Below are positions 1 through 9,200 of a stretch of DNA of 64,000 nucleotides, one piece after another. A model generated the notes under the pieces. The model ran no database searches, was not told where the DNA came from, and saw nothing but the letters and a program-made list of their open reading frames with translations. The position numbers and the translations under genes were made by a program. The stretch covers positions 58,485 to 122,484 of the forward strand of contig CAJGCO010000001.1 in the NCBI GenBank assembly GCA_904501925.1, given 5' to 3'. This stretch comes from an uncultured Alphaproteobacteria bacterium (GTDB taxonomy: Bacteria > Pseudomonadota > Alphaproteobacteria > RF32 > CAG-239). Position 1 is the stretch's first letter. Each line of letters begins with the position of its first letter.

Positions 1-1
1 T

Positions 2-121
2 ATATTCTTTACATTTATGATGGGACATTTTGCATCTGGCTTGATAATATATTGGACATTGAGCAATATATTATCTATCATTCAACAAAAAGCTATTATG
101 AAAAAAAATGGAGTTAAATAA
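2..121 (+). CDS. yidC: YidC membrane insertase, C-terminal end only (gene begins upstream of the window)
   Basis: Frame 2 reads [39 protein letters not shown]. The GLxxYW..SN..S..QQ tail is typical of YidC/Oxa1. The TAA stop at 119-121 overlaps the next ATG (TAATG). Confidence 0.7.
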   Translation: MFFTFMMGHFASGLIIYWTLSNILSIIQQKAIMKKNGVK

Positions 122-762
122 TGGATAACAACATTCAAGAACAAGAAGCAATCCGATTGAAAGCTGGTGTTGAGCTTTTTAACAAACGCTGTGATTTTGT
201 ATTAAGTGTAGCGAATCTAAATCAACTACCACATGATGACAGAGTTGAAATCGCTTTTGCTGGTCGTTCGAATGTTGGTAAATCAAGTCTTATAAATGCT
301 CTGTTTGGGCAAAAGAAATTAGCAAAAACATCTGCTACGCCAGGAAGAACTCAACAATTAAATTATTTCAACTTAAATGACAAGTTATATGTTGTTGACC
401 TTCCTGGGTATGGATTTGCTAAAGCACCAAAAGATATTGTAAAAAGCTGGCAAAAATTAATTAACACTTATTTGGTTGGAAGAGCTAGTTTGAGAAGAGT
501 TTTTCTTTTAATTGATTCTAGACATGGTGTTAAAAAAATTGATGAAGAGATAATGGATATGTTAGATAAAGCTGCTGTAACATATCAAATTGTATTAACT
601 AAGATTGATAAAATTTCAGAGAGTGCATTAAATAGAGTATTAGACGAGACTAAAAAGGTTGTCGATAAACATACTGCGGCACATATTAACATTCTTAAGA
701 CAAGTTCTGAAAAGAATCTTTATTTAGATTATTTAAAAGCTGAAGTGGCTGAATTGCTTTAG
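121..762 (+). CDS. engB: Ribosome-biogenesis GTPase EngB/YihA/YsxC
   Basis: G1 motif GRSNVGKSSLINAL, DLPGYG (G3) and LTKIDK (G4). The 213-aa size fits the family. Confidence 0.9.
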   Translation: MDNNIQEQEAIRLKAGVELFNKRCDFVLSVANLNQLPHDDRVEIAFAGRSNVGKSSLINALFGQKKLAKTSATPGRTQQLNYFNLNDKLYVVDLPGYGFAKAPKDIVKSWQKLINTYLVGRASLRRVFLLIDSRHGVKKIDEEIMDMLDKAAVTYQIVLTKIDKISESALNRVLDETKKVVDKHTAAHINILKTSSEKNLYLDYLKAEVAELL

Positions 763-1754
763 GTTATCGCTGTTACGCCTCTTATATTACCATCACGAAC
801 AATTTGTACAACGTGAAGTTTTCTACGCATTTCTTCCATTGTTTTTTCTACATTAATATGTGGAGATTGCTCCATAATACATTTAATAAATGCTTCATAT
901 GCGGCTTCTGGACTTTCTGCGTGAATTGTAGCCATGCAGTTATCGTGACCTGACCCCATAAGAGCCCAGATTGCTGCTGCGTTTTTATTTGAAATCTCAC
1001 CACCGATAATAGCATCTGGCGTTATACGTTTAATTAGGTCAATAGCATCAGCATCACTCATACCTTCGGTATCTTTATTTTTACTTCCTTTTACACGGGA
1101 TAAAACAATATGAACTCTATTTGGATGAGGAACTTTCAGCTCTCTTGTATCTTCTAGTGTAACAACTCTTTTGTGAATATCTAAAACCTTAAGTAAATTA
1201 TTTAAGAATGTTGTCTTACCTGTACCTGTACCACCACTAACTAAAACATGGTCTCCTCTTCTTATTGCTAATAATAAGCGCTCATAAGCGTCTGATGGGG
1301 TATCAATAAATTTTAATGGATTTATTTCTTTTAACTCTTCACCTTGAGTTAAGCCATAATCACCAAAACCAAAAGCAACATCATCCGAATACAAACGAAT
1401 ACTTAATGCTACACCATCTTTGTCATCAAAATTATAGCGAATATTTCTTCCTGCAACGCCTGTAAAACGATGTCCACCAGGGATATCTGTATATACTGTT
1501 GGAACGCCTCCAACTGTGTGTGGATCAAACTCTTGATCATTTAGATTAGCGATTATGTACAACAAATTTACTAAATATTCTTTATTTAATTTAGGATCTT
1601 TATGCATAACCCAAGGATGCGCCCTTTTTCCACGTAAACGCAACCAAATTTCACCAGGATTATTTATAGCAACCTCTTCTATGTTCTCTTGTTCATACCA
1701 ATATGTAAGAGGTCTTAAAACAGAGGTAAGTACATTATCATCTTGCGTAGCCAT
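759..1754 (-). CDS. virB11: T4SS ATPase VirB11
   Basis: Walker A GGTGTGKTT, TLEDTRELK, GGEIS (Walker B region) and a His box ATIHA. It is the last gene of the virB8-B11 block. Its stop overlaps the engB stop convergently. Confidence 0.9.
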   Translation of the reverse strand: MATQDDNVLTSVLRPLTYWYEQENIEEVAINNPGEIWLRLRGKRAHPWVMHKDPKLNKEYLVNLLYIIANLNDQEFDPHTVGGVPTVYTDIPGGHRFTGVAGRNIRYNFDDKDGVALSIRLYSDDVAFGFGDYGLTQGEELKEINPLKFIDTPSDAYERLLLAIRRGDHVLVSGGTGTGKTTFLNNLLKVLDIHKRVVTLEDTRELKVPHPNRVHIVLSRVKGSKNKDTEGMSDADAIDLIKRITPDAIIGGEISNKNAAAIWALMGSGHDNCMATIHAESPEAAYEAFIKCIMEQSPHINVEKTMEEMRRKLHVVQIVRDGNIRGVTAIT

Positions 1755-1838
1755 AAAAAATCCCCTATATATAAAAATAATTCGCCTTTATTGTACCAAA
1801 TTCTTTTTATGTAGTCAATATATCATAAATAATTATAT

Positions 1839-4800
1839 CTAAATAGATAAATCCATTTCGCTTAAATCATCCTCATCATCTATTTGCATTATTTCTGATC
1901 CATCAGCTGATGGTGGTGGTAATCCTCCAGTGTATGCATTTTGTTTTTGTTCTGAGTATTGAGCTGGCTCACCATCCATTAATGATGGAGCTGGTTCATT
2001 ATTATTTACTGCTTGTTGATTTTGTCCGTTACCATTGGATACAGCTTCTGCTGTCTCTGGCTCACCATCCATAAGAACATTTTTAGCAACACCGCCACCA
2101 ATACTTTGCGCTCCTTCTTTTACATCCTTGGTTGTTCTTAACCACAAATCAGCCATTGGATAAATTATAATTCTTGTACCTGCTGGAACATATGTTACAG
2201 GTTCGATTAATTTCTTGCTTTCAATAATCTCATTTAATATTTCATCCATACGCTCTAAGAAATTTGTACGCGCATCAGTTGCTGCTTGCTGTTTTGAGGT
2301 TTCTACTTGAGAATTTGCTGCGGCATCTTCATTGGCTGCCATCATATATGAAATAGCTGAAGTTGCTACAGTACCAACTAAAGGTAAACCATATTTTTTA
2401 GTTAGTTGCTCATCAACATAACCTAAAGCACCACCGCCACGACCTTGAGCATCACCTGTTTGTGCTGAAGATATATCAAACGCTATTCCATCTGGACGAA
2501 TTATTCTTTCCCATTTGATTTCAATTTTTACACCACCACTAGTGCTATCAAATCTTTCATCTGTACCAAAATCTTGCAGACCACCTATGATACGACTACC
2601 AGCTGGAATAATTACATTACGCCCACTATCACCATATATATTTCGTTCTACAATTGCCGTTGCAGGTGCACCACCTAAAGATATTAAAGATCTTGCCATA
2701 ACTGCTGGAATTGGTTTATCTGCTGTCACAACATTACTCATATCAACTCGTAATGTTGATATAATTTTGTTTGGTGCAACAGAACCCCAATCATCTTGCC
2801 AACCTGTATACGCTTTAAAATCGCCACCAGAAGAAATAACTCCACCTGATAAAACATCTCTTCTCATTTTAAATTTTGCATCTAACATCTGAGCTCTTAA
2901 TGGATTATAGCGTCCACCAGGGCCTATTCCACCACCAGGGCCAACATTTGTAGCGTCAGGAGTTGGTGCATATGGAGTTGTGATTACATTTTGTGTTATT
3001 TGATTAAAATTTTTATCTATTTCTTGATTATCTAACTTATCTTGGACACGCTGATATTCACCAATTTCATTGCCGTTTTCATCAAAAACAGTTCCATTTT
3101 CATCAACTTCTCCTATAGTCTGACCAGATTGATCTATTACCTTACCAGTATTAGTGATATCTCCTATATAATTACCACCTGGAGTTATTGCGATACCTAT
3201 AATTTGATGATTTGCATGACTTTTTTTACCTTTATGGTTAGAAGCGCCCTTATCAACTGTTATATTTTCGCCAATATCTTCTATCTTTTCTTTATTTTCT
3301 TTATTTTCTATTTTGGTTTCTTGAGGTGTTTTCTCTTTTTTTTCTTTGGTTGTTATTATATTTTCCTCTTCTAACTTTTCTTCTTTTGGTTCTTTTTCAT
3401 CATTCTTGATTTCTTCTTTTTTTACATCAAATTCTTCTTTTGATGCTGGCTCATTATCTTGTTCTAAATTTTCACTTTCAGCTATATCTGGTGAGATATC
3501 TTGATTATCTGGCTGAGCAGGTACACGATAATATTGAAGAGGATCTGCTTGAGCTAAAACTGTATCATCAGAATTAACAACATTTCCGTCTTGACTTAAT
3601 TGACCTACTTTTATGTTTTTAGTATTTACAACACTTCCATCAAAATTTAAATAACCAATAACTTCTTTGTTATTATTTCTGATATAATAATCTCTTGAAC
3701 CTCTAGCGATAAGTTCTTTCTTTTTATTTAACACAAACCCTTCATAAATAGAACCAATCATCTCGCCCATTATACTATAAACATCACCATTTTTTGAAAT
3801 ATATCCAACAGTATTGTGGTCATTATCATATACGTATAAATCAAATAACGCGTATCCAGAACTTCCATCTGTTTTAACTACTTTACCATTATGTTGAACT
3901 TTACCTAAAATAGCTCCATTATCTGATAAAACATTACCATTAATATCAACACGTCCTAAATAAATATTATTATCATCAAAAGCGATTGTATACTTAAATA
4001 GAACACCTAAATTGCTTGATCCTTTTGATGAAATATTTCCATTTGTATTTATTCTTGCAACTTCTATGCCTTGGTTATCGATAACGCTTCCTGATATGTT
4101 TGTATATCCTATTATTTTATCATCAAAACCCATTATTGATGCTATAGTTATTTTTTGACCAACAATCTCTTTTTGAGAATTACGAATAAGGCCTAGAGTA
4201 TCTTGGCAACCTATTTTTTTATTTTGATAATCCAATGCAACACCTAAAGAGTTTTGAACACCAATTACATCGCCTTTTTCGCCAACAACAACACTAGGCT
4301 CCACAACATAACCTATAACTTCTTGGCTATCATTTAATACTTGATTATTTGCTAATACTGTACCGATATAAGCGCCTGAATAATTTCTTGCTTCACCTCT
4401 TTGTGATATGATACCTATATACTCACAATTTTTATTGATTACTACACCTTGAGGAGCACTCGCACCTAGTATTGCACCAGTATTATCTAAAGCATATTTA
4501 TCTGATGCTATCTTTCCTATTATTGAATTATCTTTTATAATGGAACCATCAATTAATATATTACCAATATAATCACCATTTATGCTTACGCTACTAATAG
4601 AGCTTAAAGCGTTCTGATTGCTATTTATTGTATTTGTGTTATAATTTGCAATATAACCTAATGGTAACACTTTACCGAAAATATTATTTTTACTTATAAC
4701 TAAATTTGTAGGATTTATATCTCCAATTTTTTTACCAAGTATATCTGTTAAAAAAACTTCTCCAATATTTTTTCCTAATATTTTATTATTTTTATCCCAT

Positions 4801-6248
4801 AAAATGCCTATACTATTTAGCTTTGAGATATCATTAATAGAATTATTATCACTATTTCCTGATGTTGTCATATAGGATAAAAATGTTCCACTATTAGTGT
4901 ATAAACCGGACAACAAGTAGTTATTTCCAACTACTTTATCTGTATTAAACACGTATCCATTAGGGCTAATTACATATAATTCATCTCCAATATTTAATTT
5001 ACTTGAGATACCATTTATACCTAAAAAATTGTTATTATTATCGTATATTAACCTTGTTTGTAGAACTTCACCAATATATTTTCCTGATTTGTCATATCCT
5101 TTATTTTTAAGCATTGCGCCTCTTTCTAAACCATCTAAAGATATAACTCGACCATCTATGCCTGCTAGTGCTATGTTTTCACCTAAATAATCAAACAAAG
5201 GACCTGTGTGATTTACATAACCTATAACGTCTCCCCTTGCATTAATAGCATTTCCTGAGATACCTATTTTACCAATTTCTTCTCTTGCTTTAACTACTTT
5301 TCCATTTGGCATTAAACGTCCAAGATATTTTCCATCTATTGTATTGAATGTTGCTGATATTGGTATACTATATCCTATTTGTTTTCCATTAGCATCTATT
5401 ATGCGTGCTCCATTTACAGCAATAGCTACAATCTTCTTTTTGTTTATTACATCACCATTATAGCTAATATGACCTAAATATTTACCATTATAATCAAACG
5501 CATATCCTCGATTAACTGCACTACCTACAACCTGCATTTTTTTATCGTAAACATAACCATTGGCATGAATATTTCCTATTGTTACATTTTTAGAATCTAT
5601 TACTTTTCCATCTGAGGCTACACCACCTAAAAACTTACCTTTTGAAGATACTATAAACTTTGAAGAAACTATTTTACCTGATAGGACAGGTTTTTTACTA
5701 TTTAACTCAAAAGTATAAACCTCACCTGTCGATGTTACAAAACCATTATTTCTACCTTGTAAATCATAAAAATAACCATCGCCAGATACTCGACCTATTA
5801 CAGTTCCTTTATCTGTATATACTAAGTTATCTCCAGAAACTACTGAACCTAAAACATCGTAATTATCATTTACAACAAGTCCACTTGGTAATACTTTTCC
5901 AACCAAGCTATTTGTCATTGATACAACAGATCCATCATTATTAACTTTACCAAGTACTGTATTTTTATTAGATATTACTACACCTTGAGGAACAACACCA
6001 CCGATTAACTCATCTTTACCATCAAAAACATACCCATCTGGGGTTATATACCCAATTAATTCATTATTAAAGTTTATAACATTACCATCAGGCACAACCT
6101 TTCCTATTAGGTCTCCATTAAAATCGATAGCGCTAATATCTGATGCTTGGGATTGCAAACTAAAGCTTAATAAAAACATTAAACTCAATATCATCCCATT
6201 TATTTTTGATATAGACTTTAACAACTTAATTCCTCCGATTTTGAGCAA
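1839..6248 (-). CDS. virB10: Giant VirB10/TrbI-family protein (up to 1469 aa): signal-anchor, about 860 aa repeat region, E/K-rich spacer, VirB10 core, C-terminal extension
   Basis: The core at about nt 2120-2790 reads ISTLRVDMSNVVTADKPIPAVMARSLIS..IIPAGSRIIGG..GVKIEIKWERIIRPDG..VTYVPAGTRIIIYPMADLWL, which is TrbI/VirB10-like. The track start at 6248 is a TTG. A GGAGGA at 6231-6236 favours the in-frame TTG at 6224, with an ATG at 6194 as the alternative. The N-terminus LKSISKINGMILSLMFLLSFSLQSQA looks like a signal or anchor. Confidence 0.85.
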   Translation of the reverse strand: MLKIGGIKLLKSISKINGMILSLMFLLSFSLQSQASDISAIDFNGDLIGKVVPDGNVINFNNELIGYITPDGYVFDGKDELIGGVVPQGVVISNKNTVLGKVNNDGSVVSMTNSLVGKVLPSGLVVNDNYDVLGSVVSGDNLVYTDKGTVIGRVSGDGYFYDLQGRNNGFVTSTGEVYTFELNSKKPVLSGKIVSSKFIVSSKGKFLGGVASDGKVIDSKNVTIGNIHANGYVYDKKMQVVGSAVNRGYAFDYNGKYLGHISYNGDVINKKKIVAIAVNGARIIDANGKQIGYSIPISATFNTIDGKYLGRLMPNGKVVKAREEIGKIGISGNAINARGDVIGYVNHTGPLFDYLGENIALAGIDGRVISLDGLERGAMLKNKGYDKSGKYIGEVLQTRLIYDNNNNFLGINGISSKLNIGDELYVISPNGYVFNTDKVVGNNYLLSGLYTNSGTFLSYMTTSGNSDNNSINDISKLNSIGILWDKNNKILGKNIGEVFLTDILGKKIGDINPTNLVISKNNIFGKVLPLGYIANYNTNTINSNQNALSSISSVSINGDYIGNILIDGSIIKDNSIIGKIASDKYALDNTGAILGASAPQGVVINKNCEYIGIISQRGEARNYSGAYIGTVLANNQVLNDSQEVIGYVVEPSVVVGEKGDVIGVQNSLGVALDYQNKKIGCQDTLGLIRNSQKEIVGQKITIASIMGFDDKIIGYTNISGSVIDNQGIEVARINTNGNISSKGSSNLGVLFKYTIAFDDNNIYLGRVDINGNVLSDNGAILGKVQHNGKVVKTDGSSGYALFDLYVYDNDHNTVGYISKNGDVYSIMGEMIGSIYEGFVLNKKKELIARGSRDYYIRNNNKEVIGYLNFDGSVVNTKNIKVGQLSQDGNVVNSDDTVLAQADPLQYYRVPAQPDNQDISPDIAESENLEQDNEPASKEEFDVKKEEIKNDEKEPKEEKLEEENIITTKEKKEKTPQETKIENKENKEKIEDIGENITVDKGASNHKGKKSHANHQIIGIAITPGGNYIGDITNTGKVIDQSGQTIGEVDENGTVFDENGNEIGEYQRVQDKLDNQEIDKNFNQITQNVITTPYAPTPDATNVGPGGGIGPGGRYNPLRAQMLDAKFKMRRDVLSGGVISSGGDFKAYTGWQDDWGSVAPNKIISTLRVDMSNVVTADKPIPAVMARSLISLGGAPATAIVERNIYGDSGRNVIIPAGSRIIGGLQDFGTDERFDSTSGGVKIEIKWERIIRPDGIAFDISSAQTGDAQGRGGGALGYVDEQLTKKYGLPLVGTVATSAISYMMAANEDAAANSQVETSKQQAATDARTNFLERMDEILNEIIESKKLIEPVTYVPAGTRIIIYPMADLWLRTTKDVKEGAQSIGGGVAKNVLMDGEPETAEAVSNGNGQNQQAVNNNEPAPSLMDGEPAQYSEQKQNAYTGGLPPPSADGSEIMQIDDEDDLSEMDLSI
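3545..6128 (-). repeat. Coding array of 10-11 aa G-x-(V/I)-x-x-(D/N)-G-x-(V/I) hairpin-like units inside virB10. It is a more degenerate version of the repeat in the adjacent giant ORF.
   Basis: Translation example: DLIGKVVPDGNVINFNNELIGYITPDGYVFDGKDELIGGVVPQGVVISNKNTVLGKVNNDGSVV, continuing to about aa 900. Four to five more units lie at about nt 3050-3215, after the E/K-rich spacer (about 3250-3520). Confidence 0.8.
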
Positions 6249-9200
6249 CTTCTTCTAGCACATATCCTGAAACTTTATTTTTTGTGTTTACATATGCACC
6301 ATTACTCTTTAGATAACCTATTTTGCCATTAGTAATACTTAGAACTTCACCTGTTGGAGATACTCGTCCAGAATACTTACCGTCATTGCTTAGTATATTA
6401 GCACCTATTTTATATGTATGTCCTATAATTTTTCCGTTATTATCAACAACTAAATTTGAAGATATTAGTTTTCCAATAATATTTTTATCATTATCTGTTA
6501 ATTTTCCTTCGCTATTAACATATCCAACGACTTTGTCTGATGTATTAACTACGATACCATCATCAATAAGTTCGCCAATAAGATTTCCTTTACTATCAAT
6601 TACTTTTGATGTATTTAATACTTTTCCAATTATTTCTTTGTTTTTAGAAATAACTCGTCCACTTGCATCAACAACACCAATTATACTTCCTGAAAAATCA
6701 ACAACAGTACCTCTTTTTAGTAAACTATAATTTTTATTTGAGCTACCACCTGGTAGAATTGTTGTTTCAACCTTATTTTCATCGTTTATTACATCGCCTA
6801 GAGAATTAACATAACCTTTTACATCTCCAAGAGTATCAATAACAAAATCCTCTTTTATTACTTCTCCGATTATTTTTTTGTTTAAATTTAATATATGGCC
6901 ATCAGAACTAACTATACCACTGATTTGACCATCAACATCTATAACTTTTCCTGATTTTGTTACATATCCTAAATAAGAACCGTCATACCCCATTCCAATA
7001 CCTGTTTTTACAACACTACCTTTGTAAAGACCTTTTTCATCAAACATTTGACCTAAAGCATCAATATGGCCTTTTATGTTACCCTTATAATCAATAACAT
7101 CTCCGTTATCATTTACAAAACCAATATAATCACCATAAAAGTCTACTACATTTCCTTTAGGGAGAATGTTACCTACTTTATTGGAATAAAAACCATTTAT
7201 ACCATATGATATTTTATCAACGGCTGCACCCTTTGAATTATATATATATCCGTCATAGAATAATCGACCTATGATATTACCATTTGCACCGATTACTGAT
7301 GTTTTTTCATTAAATAAATGAGCTACAATTTCTTTTTTGTTATTTACAATATAATCATTTAGCATAATTGTTGTGTTTGGCATTATACTTTGACTATCAT
7401 ATCCATAAGGAGATATATCTCCAAGATATTGTCCGTTATTATCAAATAATTGTTTTTTATCAATAACTTTACCAATAACAAATCCATCTATATTTGTAAC
7501 TTCTCCATCTATATTTGCACATCCGATTGTTTGCATTCCTGATTTGATTTTTCCATCACTACCAATAACACCTAAATTATCACCATTATAGTAAAGTGCA
7601 AATGATGGCTCATAAACGCGCCCAATTAATTCGCCTTTAGCATTAAGAACTTTTCCTTCTGGGTTTACGCATCCTACTCTTTGTCCGGCGCTATTAATAA
7701 CAAATCCATCACTTTTTGCTTGTCCAATTAGGTTACATTTATTATCTCTAACTGGCCCCATTAGAGCAACATCACCAACATATCGCCCTTTTTCATCAAC
7801 AATACTTCTATCAAAAAGCATTCTATATTGAGTGTCTTTACCATCTTTCTTGACTTTACCGTCTTTATCTACATATCCGAGATTTCTGCATCCCCAACTA
7901 ACGGCTAAACCACCCATAACGGCTTTTCCAATTATTACATTATTTTCTTTTGCTTTAATTAAATTATTTGGTAAAACTTGGCCTATTACTTCTTGTTTGG
8001 CATTTACTATTTCACCTTTGTTATTTATTGCACCAAGAGAGTATCCTGCAGGTGAAATTGCTATTAAATCCTTATTTACAACAGCGCCAATTTTTATACC
8101 CTTACTTGAGATTACATTACCATTTTCATCGATAAAACCGATGGAAATTCCATCAAAATTATATACCTTACCATTACTTGCAATGTATCCGATAACATTA
8201 CCATTCGCATCAACTGCAAGATTGGAATATCCACCAACAAGACCTTTTATATTACCTTTTGAATCTACTACAAATTCCATAATATCACCGGCTTTACCAA
8301 TAATATTACCATTTGCATCAACAATATTACCATTTTTATCTAATTTTCCAATGATATTACCATTGAAATCTCTAGCTATTCCATTTTCATCAATGTAACC
8401 AATTACGTTACCATTTGCATCTAATACTGCACGTCTTTTGGCTATATTTAGATCACCACTTGTTTTAGGTGAAACTCTACCAATTATTTCACCATTTACA
8501 CCTATAACATTACCGTTTTCATCAACTATGCCAATAATTTCACCATTTTTACCAATAACCTGACCTAGCTCATTAACATACCCTATAACATTACCATTTT
8601 CATCAAGAGCTACGGTTTGATAATCTCCGGCATAGCCGATTACATTTCCGTTTACATCGTGAATTACACCGTCTTCACCTAAATAACCGATTAAATTTCC
8701 TTCAAAATCCATTACGTTACCATTTTCATCAACGTAACCAATAACATTACCATCTTTATCATACGCTAGACGACGTGTTTCTTTTGCACTTCCAATTTTC
8801 TCGCCAGTTAAACCTATAATATTACCATTTTCGTCAACATATCCTATTAATTTACCATCTTGCGAATAAACTTTACCATCGTCATCAATATATCCTATTA
8901 CATTGCCATCTTTATCTAATGCTAAAGTTTTGGCTTCGCCTACTTTACCGATAACTTTACCATTTTTATCTGTTATTGTTCCGTCTGGATTAACTTGACC
9001 AATTACATTGCCATTAAAGTCATACACCTTTCCATCTTCGCCAACATAACCTATAACATTACCATTTTCATCATATGCAAGCCTTGCTTTCTTTCCGGCA
9101 GTTCCAATGATTTCATCTGTTTTACTGATAACATTTCCATTTTCATCAACAAACCCTATCTCTTCACCTTTTAGGTTTCTTACTATTCCGTTTTCATCAA

